A stretch of DNA of 64,000 nucleotides from Cenococcum geophilum (GCA_050273025.1 CP158636.1:2170001-2234000); one strand, 5' to 3'; shown: positions 1-14,223, numbered from the stretch's first letter. Numbers and translations are program-made. Notes: generated from the sequence alone by a model not told the origin.

Positions 1-3000
1 GGCATATTAACGTATTTGGATTTAATAGCAAACGCACTATCTTAGGCCGTATTACCTACGTGGTAGCCCTAAAACTCTAATACCTAAACCATAAAGAACT
101 AATTAAGCTTTTTATTACTACCCTAGGTTACCTAGTAATCCTTAGATAACCCTAGATAAAGCTATATAAGGTAACCATTAATTAGGACAACCTTAAGCTT
201 CTATTTACCGCCTCCCGTTATAAGTAGAAGTATTATATAATGCACTACCTTAACCCCAAACTAAAATCTAGGAAATCCGCTAAGATCCACTAGTCTAAGA
301 TTTCTATTAATATCCACCCTATACCTAAGGAATCTACCAGATTCCACTAACCTAGGAATTCCACTAAATTCCACTAGCGTAAGATTTCTACTAACATCTA
401 TTAAGGATCTAGGAATTCTACCAAACTCCATAAATTAGCCCTAAGCACTGCACCGCCCTAAGCTAAGTAAAAGCTTAAGCTCTATACACGAAAATACTAA
501 AAGGACTAGTATTTTACTATAAAAAGAATTTTTAAAGAACCCAAACTTAAATTTAATACTAACTCTATACCTAATACTAAACCTAAACCTAAATAAGAAA
601 CTATAGACAATCTAAGCAAGCTTAGCACCCTAGATATCCGCATAATTAGAGTTACCCTGCTAGCGCAACTTACTAAGAAACCCAAATATACGATCTTCGC
701 TATTACGATAGCCGATATTAAGAAGGCCTTAGTACTAAAGAAGCATACTAACCCTACCACGAAGGTACTAATAGAGTATTATTATCGCCTAGATATATTC
801 TTATAAAAGAAAGCCAATAAGCTACTAAAACACCAACTATATAACTATAAGATTATACTTAAAGAAGGAAAGCAGCCCGGATTTGGACCCTTATATGGGA
901 TATCCCAAAATAAACTCTAAGTGCTACGAAAGTATTTAGACGAAAACCTAAGTAAAGAATTTATTAGAGTAAGCTTATTGCCTATAGCCGTACTAGTAAT
1001 CTTTATTAAGAAACCTAGCGGCGGTCTACACTTCTATATAGACTACTAAACTCTTAACGCCGTTACCGTTAAAAACTAATATCTAATCCCGTTAATATAA
1101 GAGACGCTAAACTAACTAAGTAAGGCTTATTACTACACGAAGCTTAATATTATCTCTATATTTAACCGTCTCCGTATTGCAAAAGGGGACGAATGGCTTA
1201 CTGCATTTTATACCCGATATAGACTATTTAAGTACTTAGTAATACCCTTCGGCCTTATAAACGCTCTGAGCTTGTTTTAACATTATATAAATAACACCCT
1301 ACGCCCCTACCTGGACATCTTCTATACTGCTTATATTAACGACATCCTAATATATAGTAATAACCTAATTAAATATTAGAAATACGTTAACCTTGTCCTA
1401 TAAGCCCTATATAAAGCTAGTCTATAATTAGATATAGATAAATGCGAGTTTTATAAAACGGAAGTTTTATACCTTAGACTCCTTATTTCTATAAATAGTA
1501 TATAAATGGACCTAAAGAAAGTTAAAGTAATTGTAAACTAGTAAGAACCCGAGAACGTTAAGGACGTAAGAGCCTTTATAGGATTTGCTAATTTCTACTA
1601 ATAGTTTATTAATAACTTCTCCGCCCTAGTTTTACCTCTTATAGCTCTAACCCAAAAGGATAAAGTCTTTGTCTTTAACAAGGAATGTAAAAAGGCCTTT
1701 ACCTATCTAAAGGTTATATTTACTACTGCGCCTATACTCTAATACTTTAACCTAAACCAAATAAGTGTTATAGAAGCTGACTTATCTAACTACGTTATTA
1801 GAGGCATCCTATTTTAATATAACAAGGATAGAGTATTGCACCCTATAGTATACTTCTTAAAATAACTAAGCCTAGCTAAATATAACTACAAGATCTACAA
1901 TAAGGAATTGTTAGCTATTATTAGGTGTTTTAAATAATAGCGACCCGAACTAGAAGGCGCTGGATTTTTAATTAAGGTCCTTAGCAACCATAAAAACCTA
2001 TAGTACTTTATAACCACGAAACAGCTAAGTCATCGTTAAGCCCGCTAGTTAGAATATCTATCTTGTTTTTAATTCTTAATTACATACCGCCTAAGCGTTT
2101 AAGGTTAGAAGCCTAATACCCTAACCCGACGCTCATAAGACGCGCTAGCCCTAGAAGAAGCGCGCTCTTACCAAAATTAGACCCTACTTTACCCTAAACT
2201 ATTTAACCCTTCTACTAAAGATCTTACGGTATACGTCCTTAAAATAACTAATTAATTGATTAAATAGATTATAGTTAATAAATACCCGAATAACGAGTTT
2301 ATCTAAGAGACGCTTAAGCTAATATAAGATAGTATTAGACGCTCTAAAAAGATTTCTTTAAGTAAATACAAAGCCTATGGAAACCGCTTGTATTACTAGA
2401 ACCGTCTAGTTATCCCTAATTAAAATAAGCTTAAGCTTAAACTCCTTAAACACGTATACAATCTACCTGTTGCTAGCTACCTAGGCTAAGAAAAAACCCT
2501 AGAACTACTCTAACGGGAGTATTATTAGCCGAATATATATAATATAATATAAAGGTATATCTCTAGCTGCCACACCTACTAATAAGTTAAAGCCTCGCAT
2601 AAGACATATAATGGTCTTTTAAAGCCGCTACCTGTTCCGGACCAAAGATAGAAGGATATCTTAATTAACTTTGTTATTAACCTTCCTAATAGTAGAGGCT
2701 GTACGAACATTATAGTAGTTATAGACCAACTATCTAAAATAAGATACTTAATCGCCTGCCCTAATATATTAACGCCTATTGTTGCCTAACTATTCTTAGA
2801 TTATATATGGAAACTCTATAGACTTCCTAAAACAATTATCTCTAATAGAGGCAGCTAGTTTGTCTTAGTATTCTAAAAAAAACTAACTACTCGACTCCGT
2901 ATTAAAGCACTATTATCTACCGCGTATTACCTAGAAATGGATAGCTAAATAGAACGCGTAAATACTATAATGGAACAGTATATTGGATATACACGTCGTA

Positions 3001-4127
3001 TTTATAGGATAACTAGATTAACTAGCTTATATTCGCCGAGTTTACTGCAAATAATTCCGTCTTAAAAACCATAAAAGTCTCCCCATTCCTAGCTAATTAC
3101 GGCTAGCACCTATAAATGGGTTTTAAACCCTTTAGTAATATTCCTTACCCTACTTATTACGCCTTATAAGTTATAGAAGCAAATAAATTCGTAAAGAAGA
3201 TAGAGGAACTATAACAGTTCCTTACTAATAAGATAACATGGGCTTAATCTATTTATAAAGCCGCAGCGAATAAGAAACAAACCCTAGCACCAGCCTACTA
3301 AATTAGCAATTTCGTCTAGCTAGATATAAGAAATCTAAACACAAAACAACCTACTAAAAAACTTAATTAGAAGAACGCTGGCCCTTATAAGGTTAAAAAG
3401 GTTATCTCTCCTTATACCTACCAACTAAAGCTCCCTAATACGGTTAAAATCCACCCCGTATTCTATACGTCAGTCCTCCGCCCTACTGCCCCTATATTAG
3501 ACGCCCTACCTAAACAGATATAAGACCCTCCCCTACTAGTTAAAGTGGATGGTAAGAACAAGTACTTTATTAAAAGAATTAATGATATTAAGTACAATAA
3601 ACGGAAACACTAATATATATATCTTACGAAATGGAGAGGCTTTACTAAGTCCTTATAGAAACCCGTTAACTCTATAGAACTTATATAAGCCATAGAAGAC
3701 TTTTATAAACTCCACCTAAAACTACTATAGCCCTATCTCGCAGAAGCTCGAGTTTAAAGGGGGGGTACTGTTACGGGACACCCCCATAATACCTTATACA
3801 CGTCTACCTATTTCTACTAACTTAGCAATTAGAGACCAACCACGAAATGGCAATCTAACGGCAATCTGATGGCAATCTATGGCATTCTGCCATATTCTGT
3901 TAAGTTCTACTAAATTCTGCCAAGTTCTGCCAGGACTATGACCTGAACCCTATTCTGCCTATATATGTGTTAACTAAGCAACCAAGTTAACGATATATGC
4001 CCTTTCTTCCCGTTTTCCTACCTTCTTTTCTTACGCAACGTCTTGACTTTATTACGCAGTTCATATACATAGCTTAATAATACCTACTTCGCTATATATT
4101 ATCACCGCTTGTGCTTACTCCGTGACA
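1..4127 (+). mobile_element. Ty3/Gypsy (chromovirus-type) LTR retrotransposon A, RIP-degraded, 5' part outside window
   Basis: RT motif YI(D>N)DILIYS at 1332-1358; RNase H (EADSSDY-like ~1772, NYEIYDKELLAII-like ~1883); integrase (GHPG-like ~2473, STAYHPE.DGQTER-like ~2915); chromodomain ~3560-3680; PPT AAAGGGGGGGTAC directly before the 3' LTR. Confidence 0.93.
3769..4127 (+). repeat. 3' LTR of Gypsy A (359 bp)
   Basis: TGTTACGG...CCGTGACA inverted termini; follows the polypurine tract; contains short GGCAATCT and TTCTGCCA repeats. Confidence 0.9.
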
Positions 4128-6829
4128 ATAGCTTCTAAATAGGGCGTTAATGCGTTAAGAACAAATAGACCTATAACTGGCACTAGGTAATAATAGACCG
4201 CAGCCGCCCTATAAGGGAGCGCTATAAGAACGATATAAGCCGGGCCTAGGAAGGTATAGAGGGCTAGGGAACTTTAGCGCATACTAGATATAAAATTAGA
4301 CATATTATAGATGCGGGGGTATTTACTATTTTATCAATTAGTGTCTAAAGCTTAAAGAGTTATATATAAACGAAAACAACTAAATATACGCTAGAATATG
4401 TGAGCGCCTAGAAAATATAATTTTATATTTACCGAGCGATAATCGGATCTAGTTCTTTAAAAACTAGCTAAGGCAAAACGCGAATATTAATTTTAATGCG
4501 CTAGCGATAGATATTTAACTAAAGGCAGCTTCTATAGAGCTTATAGAGAGTAATAATACTAAAAGTAAAGAGGAACTCGGTGAGTTCTAGGAAGATATAT
4601 ACTAAGTAGAGTTAATATACGTTAATTTAGTAGGGGCCGCAACCTAGTTATAGCCTACGCTATAGGTATATAATCTTAGGAGACCGTAAGGGGAAGTAAG
4701 GGTAATAAAATAGCCTTTAAAACTATCTAGTCCGCGATTAGCAATGGTTTAAAATATACAACTAGGAGGATATATCTAAATTACACTATAGCTCTAGTAG
4801 CAGGCTCCTCTACCACCGTTAAGCAGTAATGGGGGTAATAAAATAAATTATACTAAATAGCCAAGATAGACGGAGCAAATGGCGGATATAATAACAATAG
4901 TTAAAGTATTATAACTAAAGCTAGTTAGGATAATAAATATACTAAAAGGAAACGTCCTAAGCCCAACCGTAATAGCGGACAAGATCTTATCAAAAACTAT
5001 TAAAGTTATTATTAGTAACTGCCTTGTGTATATACCTAAAGTTATAAGGCTATTCTTTAAGCCTCTCCTACTACCTCTTGCGGAGCCTTACTAATAGAAG
5101 TAGGAGGACGTTAAGGCATCCGTGTTATTGGCATACCTAATATTTTATACTAATTAAGCCGGCCTAATAACTGCCGAAGTGGACCAGATTAAATAAGAAG
5201 TAGAATTTATCTAGTTTTAAAGGCGGTGCCTAAAGGTAGAAGCGCAGATAGGAGACAGAAGGGCTAAATACTTAATTAACTTTAGAGCTAAGCTTAACCT
5301 TATTAAGGAAAGCGTAGCCCTATAACACGGCCTGCTAATATTAAATCTGCCTTTATAGTTATAAGGTATACGTCTAATATCTACAAATAAAACTTAGTCT
5401 AAGTTCATTGGGCTAGTATATACGGTCCCTATAGTAATAGGTAACGTCTTAATATCTATAATATTTATTATTATAGGGGAAATATTATATAAGGTGATAC
5501 TTAATAAGCTATAGTTAGTAAGGGCTAGACTAGTAACGAAACGAACCGTAATAAGTTAGGTATTTTATATTATTTAATTAAAAGATAGCAGAGTTAAAAT
5601 AAGGTTCTTAACGTCCTATAAGGATGCGATGTTCTTTAAACTAGATAAAGGTATTAGTATAGAAAATAGTTCGGGAAACGTATAGCCAGTATAACCGCTA
5701 GGATCATATCTAGGGTTACTTATAACCCAGTATATTAGAATAAGGAGGACATTAAGAATAAAGAAGAGGGAAATAAGGTGCGGCTCTAATACGGATATAT
5801 GCCGTTTCGGATATCCACTAGACAGAGCTATTAGTAAAGAAAGGAGTATAATATTAAATAGAGAAAGCTTAGTAATAAAATGTTAAAGGAAGTTCTAAAG
5901 AAATACTTAGGGAAGAATCGGAAGCTAGTATTTAAAGTAAAGGCTAAGTCCCTTATATATTAAATGTTAAAGACAACGGATCTATTTATAATGTAAATAA
6001 AAAGCTACTAAAGTAAGGCCTAACTAAACGCTATAAATATAGTAACTGCGTATAAACGGAAGGTAGATAAAGTCTACCTAGTTAATTTATTGGCACTAGA
6101 TGGAACAGTTATAGAAGGTATAGTGGAATAGCGAGAGGTAGCCTTACGTTAACAAAAGGCGTCTATTTAAGGATTGCCTCTTAGACCGTATAATTATTTT
6201 TTTAAGCCGTAATATACTAAGCTAGCCCACGGTGTATAACTAAAGCTAAAATAATTAGAGCGTATAATTATAGGAGATATTTAGCCAAGAGAATAAGAGA
6301 TCCTTAAGGCCATATTATTTAACCGAGAAGAGGCTCTAGTATAGGAGTTCTCTAAGATAGATCGCGTTAGTAAAGACGTAACTCTACTACTAAAGATTAA
6401 AACTATACTGTATAAGGTATAGTAAGTACCAAACTTTCTAGTACCTAGGGCCCTATAAGGAGAAGTAATAAATATATTATAAGAACGACTGGCTTAAGGG
6501 ACTCTAGAATATTGCAAAAGCCTATATAGGAATCTATAGTTTCTTATAAGTAAGAAGGAACGTAATAAGTACTAACTAATTAACGCGGCGATAAATATCA
6601 ACCAAGTAACTATTAGGGACGCAAATCTACCGCTATATGCTAATGAATTTTCCAAGGAGTTTGCGGGGTGTAAGGTTATATCTCTAGTAGACTTCTTCTC
6701 TAGCTATAACCAATTAGAGCTAGATATAGAAAGCCGGAACCCAACGGCTTTTATAATACTTTTAGGACTTCTATAACAAATAACGGTACCTATAGAAGGC
6801 ACGAATTCCGTAGCCTAGTTTGTGCGGAC

Positions 6830-9674
6830 CAGGCCTTTTATTAATATTTAATATCAATATAAGACCGTATTGAAATTAATATTAAACCCAAATTTTATAT
6901 TGATATTTTTACTAAATATTGAATCTAAATTACTTATGTAAAGTCTTGGTATAGTAATATAGTTATAGTCAAGCTCCGTACTGCTCTAGGCCTTAGTAGA
7001 GCTCTAAAATACAACTGCCCTCCTACCCCTACTCTCACCACTATCGTCAACTTCACGATCCTTAGCTTGGTGTAGTTGGCAATAGCTTCTTAGGCTCTCC
7101 TTCTTAATTTGCCAAGACATTAAAAGCTTTTTCCATTACGCTTATTGCTATAAGCCCTCCCCTAGCCGTAATATTACTAAGCAGCCAACTCTTTAAGCAC
7201 TTTATACGCTTAATATTCGTACTTCCGAGTGATATACGGTCCCATAAAACCGTTCGCCGTGCACCTAAAAATACTCGCTTGGCCTCTGCTAATATAGATA
7301 GAATAGATAATATATTAATAGCCATCTAAGAGAGTTATGGGTAGTTAGCTTGGTGAGTTGGATTAAGCTACTAGTTAAGAGCCGTGCCTCGTATTAAGGT
7401 GGGCTTTTCTTTAATAAATTCCTTATACTCTTCCTTGACGCTACTAGTGACGTTAAGTATTCGCATATAGAGTTTAGTTTCGGAAGGTTTAGTAGATTTA
7501 GTAGATTTGGAAGCCATAGAGCTGGTTAAGCGTTCTATATAGTGGTCCTTCTAAAGCTTCCTTACTGCAGTAAATGATTGCTTATACCACTTTTTATTCC
7601 AGTGCCTCTTAATATAAGTCTTCCAATATAAGGGGTAAAGTAGGATTAAGGCTGCGTACGCAGAGGTATCGTTAGTGAGCTTGTAGTATTTGTTAAAGGT
7701 ATACCAGCTAGTAATAATAGTAGAGAGAAGGCGTTGATTTGGGTAATATCGATCCTAAATATTACCAATTAGTAGAGCCTTAATAGCCTCCAGAAAGCTT
7801 ACCTTTAAATGCTTAAAGTGTTTAATAAGAATATCTATAGTATATAGCATTTGATTAATTAATGAGAAGTCGCTTTAGTTTATTATTATAACCTTATAGA
7901 ACGGCTTTAAGAAGGTGTACGTGTTGTTAATAATCTGCCAATCTTTAGGTAAGAGGTAGTCATCTTTTACTTTTTTATACCAGTTCCAAGAGTATATATT
8001 AATTACCGTTTAAACTTTCTTATCCTTAATAACCTTAAGTACGGTAAACTATAAGTTCTACTAAGTATTATTATCTAAAGGAACTGATTGCCCGGCTAAG
8101 GCTTTAAACTTATTATAGCGAGCTTCCGACGCCTAAATATGTATAATGAGGTTATAAACTTTACTAAGTATACCAATCTCCCTCCAGCCTGCAGCCTTTG
8201 CTTCCTTTATCTTTTATATAAGCTTTTTATTAATTATTAAATTCTTATTAAGTAAGACTTGCTAAACGGCTTTGTTAATCGCGTCTTTATTTTTAAGGTA
8301 GAGGAAGGCTTAAAGGGTAAGATTAATAATATAGCCACTATATCAAATTTGGTAGTAAACTGGGTCCCAGTAAGGGAGCCCTCTTACTTTAAGGCCCGCA
8401 GATATATGGTAATATATCTTATCGTTCACGCCGTGATTATTACCGCAAATATAGCTAATTCTACCTAGAATTCCATAGCTCTCAGTAACTTAAAGAAAGG
8501 CGTTGGCTTGGTCTTCGCTACTATATAAGGGGAGCTCTAGTAGAGTAAGTAGAGCCTTTTGTAACTGCCTTATTTCCACGTTAATAAAATAGGCGACGAT
8601 TGCTTGGAGGGAGCGGTGATTTAGTAACGTCTACATATTAATTAAGAAGTGGATTTTTAAGAGAGAGCCTTAAAGCTTTTCTTTTAGGATCTTGCGATAT
8701 ACTAAGTACGATTACTTAATTAGCTTTGGTATAGTTCCTACTGCATTAATTACAACTTCCTTAGCAGTATAATTGACCGTTATAAGTAACGCGTGTAGCT
8801 CTGGCTAGGTAGCCGTATTATACGGTAGATTGCGTATAGCAATTAGTTATATAAGAGCTTTGTTAAAGGCTTCGCGATTAATGGCGCCTTAAAGGATCTG
8901 CTCTTTTTAAGCTTTGCGTTTAAGCTATTTAGAGCCTTCTAATTTGCTTAGTATATTCGTAAGGCGTTCCTGCCGTAGTCGCTTTACTTTAACCTCTCTA
9001 GCTTAAATCTCTATACCATGCTTTTTGTTAAGGTGGGTATAAACGGATATTAAAGAGGCAGAGTCCTATTTGTATATTAAGCAGTACTAGATTTAATTCC
9101 TGCCATCGCGGATAGCTTTATAAGGAAGAGGATCGCGGGCAAATTACTAAGTAGAAGTAGTAGTAAGTCTTTATCTTTTGTGAGGCAATTAAGAGGAAGT
9201 TATACCTAGTGTACTTAGTATAGAGTTACTTAACGCGTCGCTATCGCCAGAGTAGGTAAACTAATCTGAATTAAGCTCTGAAATAGTAGAGGTAGATATA
9301 TTATCGTCGTCTGTTATATTAGTAGATAAGGAAGGTATAGCGTTAATTAAAGATAAGGTAGTTAAAGATTGGGTGTATATAGGACGCGTAAAAACTAACG
9401 ATATGGTATACAATATTCTGTAAACTAACGTTCAATATTTGTGCATTTTAATTTTGTATAGGTTTACTTAATAAATTTAAAATACGTACGTATTGCTTAG
9501 GGGCCAGAGTTATCTACCGAGGCATCTATATAATTTTTAACCACCTTAACCCCAAAAATTGTCAATATTTAATAACTTTTAGTATTAAACATATCGTATT
9601 AATATTGCATATTAACCGTCAATATTCAATATTTAATAATTGTTAATCAATACTAAATATAGATAAAAGCACTA
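6830..9674 (-). mobile_element. hAT-superfamily DNA transposon (2845 bp)
   Basis: 8-bp TSD GTGCGGAC at 6822-6829 and 9675-9682; imperfect TIR CAGGCCTTTTAT / ATAAAAGCACTA; AATATT-rich subterminal repeats; interrupts the RT of Gypsy B. Confidence 0.95.
6963..9338 (-). pseudogene. hAT transposase (BED-like finger, DDE core, C-terminal dimerisation domain), with a probable 48-nt intron at 7755-7802
   Basis: De-RIP motifs WYCSICK..HLNKKH, IHFSIDVWTSPNHRS, C.GHIINL, DNNTRWNSW, FDKYYKLTD; ORF 7104-7325 resembles the hAT dimerisation motif (AIDILSIP..SAEAERVFSGARR). Confidence 0.9.
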
Positions 9675-12600
9675 GTGCGGACGATTACTAAGATCTTAGA
9701 ACGATATATCCCATACTATACCCTACCATTTCTGGATAATATTACAGTAAAAGGCCCACAGATAGTGTATAATGGGGAGGAGAGCCTTCTAGGTATGCGT
9801 AGATACATTCTAGAACATATTATATGGCTAGATAGAGTGCTTACAGATTTGGAACAAGCTAGGTATACAATCTTAGGCGTAAAGTCTTATTTCTGCAAAT
9901 ATGAGATTATAGTGGTTGGCTACCACTATAATGGAAAAGGATAATATCTGGAAGAGTTAAAGGTCGTAAAGATTATTTACTAGAAAGACTACAAAGACGT
10001 TATATCGGCCCGAGTGTTCTTAGGAATTGTTATATATTACTAAATATAGGTAGAAGACTTCGCAATTAAGGTAGAGCTAATCTTCTAACTGCTATAAGTA
10101 AACGTTTCGTTTATATAGAGTATAGAGCAAATAGCTGCTATAAAGACTCTAAAGTATATAGTCACTACTATACCTGTATTAGTTTAGCTAGATTATAGTA
10201 AAGGGGCTAGGCTAATTATTCTCGCCATTAATAGATATAAGAATAGATAGGGGTGCGGCCTTATACAACTAGATATATAAGGTTATCATTACCTATATTA
10301 ATATAAAAGCGGCATCTAGTCTTAGGCGGAGCAGAAATATAACTTAAGAAAGCTTAAATATCGGGCATTATTATATATGTTAAAGAAGTGTCGCGTATAC
10401 CTATACGGTATTTACTTTATAGTAGAGACGGACATAAATACCCTAGTCGCATAACTAAATTGCGCCGCCACTAATTTACCTGGAGCCTTAATAACAAGAT
10501 AGCTAGTATAGATTTAGCTATAGGACTTTAATATTAGATATATGCCGGGGAAGAAGAATAGCCTAGCTAATGGACTTTCGTAATAACTACCTAATAGTAA
10601 ACAACCTAATAAGCCGACTGAGGATATTAAAGAGTTTATTAACTATAAGCTAAATACCTTAGAATATATAGCTGCCCCTTTTAAAATAGAAGCGGGTCTA
10701 CTATTAGAAGACTTATATTTAGAGAAATCTTAAAAGATTGCGAAGTGGCTAGTAACCTTATAACGTCCGGAAGAGATAAATACTAAGAAGTTTAAGAAGT
10801 TTAAATAATATGCGCTAAAGTTCCTAGTGTATAATTAACAGCTCTTCTGCTAATAGTTAAAAAATGTACTAATGTAAAGGGTAGTTAATAATAAGGACGC
10901 TTAGTGGGAGATTATTAAAAGCCTTTATAATTAAAGCGGATATTATAAACAAGAGGGAACGTATTAAAGGGTCTTAAATTAATATTAGTGGCTAGGGCTG
11001 TGGGATTAGATATTATAGCATATTAAGTCGTGTTTATAATACTAGGAGTAACAGCTAAGATAGAAAAAAGAAGCGATATACGCTATATAGGAGTCCACCT
11101 TATAGCAATAAGTAGTAGTAGATATTACGTTTATACCTCTAAGCCGTCTTAAATTCCGGTACCTAGCTATTGCTTAAGAATATATATCTAGATAGGTAAA
11201 AGCTTACGCCCTTTAAAATAAGAATATAAAAAGTATAGCGAAGTTCCTTTATAAAGATGTTATCTACCAATAGGGAGCATTTAGACAACTCTCTATAGAT
11301 AGTAAAGGAGAGAATACTAACGTTACCGCTGTGCTTATAGAGCTCTATAATATTAAGAGGGTTATAGCTTTCGCTTACTATACTTAGGCGTAAGGCTTTA
11401 TAGAGCAAGGCTACAAACCTATAATAGACGCTTTAGCGAAGATAAATAGCTTATAGCTAGACAATCTTTATACCGTTTTATAGGCAAATAGGATAACTAT
11501 TAAGTGGCCTATAGGAATAACACTAGTAAGAGTTATATGCGGATATAAGCATGTCCTTCCTATTAAACTCTATATACCTACTTAGTAAACGCTGTCTTGG
11601 CAAACAGTCTAAACTATTATAGAGCTACTAGCACTTTGTGTAAAGCAGTTTAACTAAAGAAACGCAGATATAAAAGAGGCTATTACGCGTATAAGACGAC
11701 TAAGGGTAGCAAATAAGGAGTACTTTAATAACACCTACTATATTCGCTAGGACGGATTTAAGGTTAGAGATATAGTTATACTTTATAACACGCAGCTTAA
11801 GTAAGACTATTCTAGCAGTTGTAAGTTAGATCTAAAATGGCTAGGCCCGTTCCGCGTACGTAAGAGTCACCCTTATAAAGGATGGTACTTAATTGGGGAT
11901 CTTAATAGTACGCCGTTTTATAATTAAACTCCAGGGAATAGATTAAAGAAGTTTTATTAATAATAGATGTCTAAGGTCCGCTAGGAAGACTAGCTTAACT
12001 AGTTAGGCGGAACTATACTATAAAAAATAATAGTAGAGCCAGAACCTAAGGAGGATATTATATAAAATCCACTAGTATCGCAACGCTGTGTAGTTTAAGA
12101 AGTGCGTGTTCTAGAAAGATCGTTTAATAGAACTAAGTATAAAATATTTAACTAGGGGATAGTTAAGTTCTAAGGTAGGGGAAGGAATATAGACAATAGC
12201 CGCGCAATCTATTCGTTTATTTGCCGTATTTTCTAAAGCTCTTTCTATTACGCTTTTTTATTTACTTTTTTTAGTTATAGGAATCTAATACATAGTGGCA
12301 ATAAGGTAAGAATAGAAGAATATTTACGTATAACTATCTAGTATTATTTACTGTAAAGATATTAGTTCCACTTACCGCCTTTACTAAGCCAATAGTAATT
12401 TTCTATCCTGGGGATAGAAAATCATAATTAGTCCATTTAACGATTAGAGCCGGTAGAACTCTACACTATTACCTAAATTTGGTAGACTATCTAGATTAGG
12501 AAACCCTATTTAAAACTTTACCTTTTCGCCCTTAATAACCCTTAAACACAGCCACGATTAGTTAAAGTTATAAATTAAATAGAATTAGCAATAGTATATT

Positions 12601-13841
12601 TATTATATCTTTATCTAGCAGACCTTTAGTACTATATAAAGGAGTAGAGTAATAGATTAGTAACGTCCTTATAGAAGTTAGAGGCTTCGCAGTTAATTAG
12701 CGTTAGGTAGTGCTCCTCTAAATCTATAACGAGATTCTACTCTCTCAAGAAAACTACGCAGATACTACTAGTATAGTAGTTAATTTCATTAACCAGGATA
12801 ATAGGCTGTAAGTATCTCTTAGAAGGGACGCGTTCTTATTAATCTTTAAAGATATCTCTAACGTTAGTAAGATAGCAAAAGATTAAAGAAATCAGTGTAA
12901 TAAAGCTAAAGAAATTATCTAAAAGTCCTGGGGATAAGGTGTTCTTAACAGTCCACTTAAACACGCAGTCTCTTACTACTTCCTTTTTACCGCCTAAAAG
13001 CTTACCGTCCACCCACTTTATAAAGTAACGGTATAAGTTAATAAGGCCCTAATCGACAGGCTTAAATATCTAGGACGCGGCATTAAGAACACTACTTAAC
13101 TACAGCCGACCGATTTCGCGCTCGCGCTAAAGATGCTAGGAAGGGCAGTATTAGACTAGGTAGTAAATAAGCATGGCTTAGGAAGATACTTAACTAGCTT
13201 TCTTATTCTAAATAAGGACCTGCCGCTAAGAAGTAGGAGATTAACTACCGTGGGACTAGAGGTTACTAATATCGGAATTAGATAAGTAGGAAAGAGCTTA
13301 GCTCTTATATTTATAATATACTTCTAACGTAATAAATCTCTTAGCCTTTTAGCTACTAACACCTATTTAAGGAGGAGGCGTTAGTATTATGCTAAGTCCG
13401 TCCTAATAAGGATCACCTATATTAGTTAACTCGCCTTTATTATCTATAAATAAGAGTATTCTTGCGGCTAGAACGCCTATTAGCTCGCCCTTATAGCTGC
13501 TAGTATCTTTATTAAAAAGGAATCTAAGAAAAGGGCTAATGATTACTTACCTGGAAGTAGGAGGGCTAGGAGTAGAATTAATATTTAATAAGAATGTTAT
13601 TAAGCCGGGAGATAATAAGGAGTATATTAAGGAGGCCGCAGATACTATAGTAATACTCCGCGTAAAATAAGGGTGTAACTATAAGGATAATATACCCGCT
13701 TATCTTAAGGCGTCCCTAAACTAAACTACTAAAATTAAACTAACTAAGGTTATAAAGCTCTTGCGCAGTTAGTATAGGGCAGCTAGTTCTAATTTAGAGA
13801 TATATAAGGTCTACTAGATATATACGTTAGGAAAAAATTTA

Positions 13842-14223
13842 CTAGCATTTTCTAGCATTTCTAGCATTTCCTAGCATTTAGCTGCTAAATGCCGCATTCA
13901 GAATTAAGTGTTAGCATTTAGCTGCCAAATACCGCATTTAGAATTAAGTGTTAGCATTTAGCTGCTAAATGCCGCATTTATAATTAAGTATTAGCATTTA
14001 GCTACTAAGTGCTAACTATAAGATTACTAAGCATATATAAAAGTATAATTTTTATAATTTTCATATTTTATATACACTTTATTAATATTACTAAGCATAT
14101 ATAAATGTATAATTTTCATAATTTTAATATTTTATATACGCTTTATTAATATTACTAAGCATATAAAAATGTATAATTTTTATAAATTTAATATTTTATA
14201 TTTTATATATATTTTATTAATAT
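13842..14223. repeat. Left subterminal tandem arrays of the TIR element (CTAGCATTT units, three ~40-bp units, three ~60-bp AT-rich units)
   Basis: TAGCATTTAGCTGCTAAATGCCGCATTCAGAATTAAGTGT x3; TTTATTAATATTACTAAGCATAT-containing unit x3, the last one split by the LTR element. Confidence 0.85.

Larger units (their letters stand above)
4128..12150 (+). pseudogene. gag-protease and RT-RNaseH-integrase of Gypsy B (RIP-degraded; split by the hAT insertion)
   Basis: Protease LI(D)(S)(G)A(E)LNLI at 5272; RT LVDFFS(G)Y(D)Q ~6683; reading frame resumes after the hAT as VRTITKILE...PFLD(D)I.VKGP (9675-9760); RNase H ~10150-10580; integrase ~10900-11960. Confidence 0.9.
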
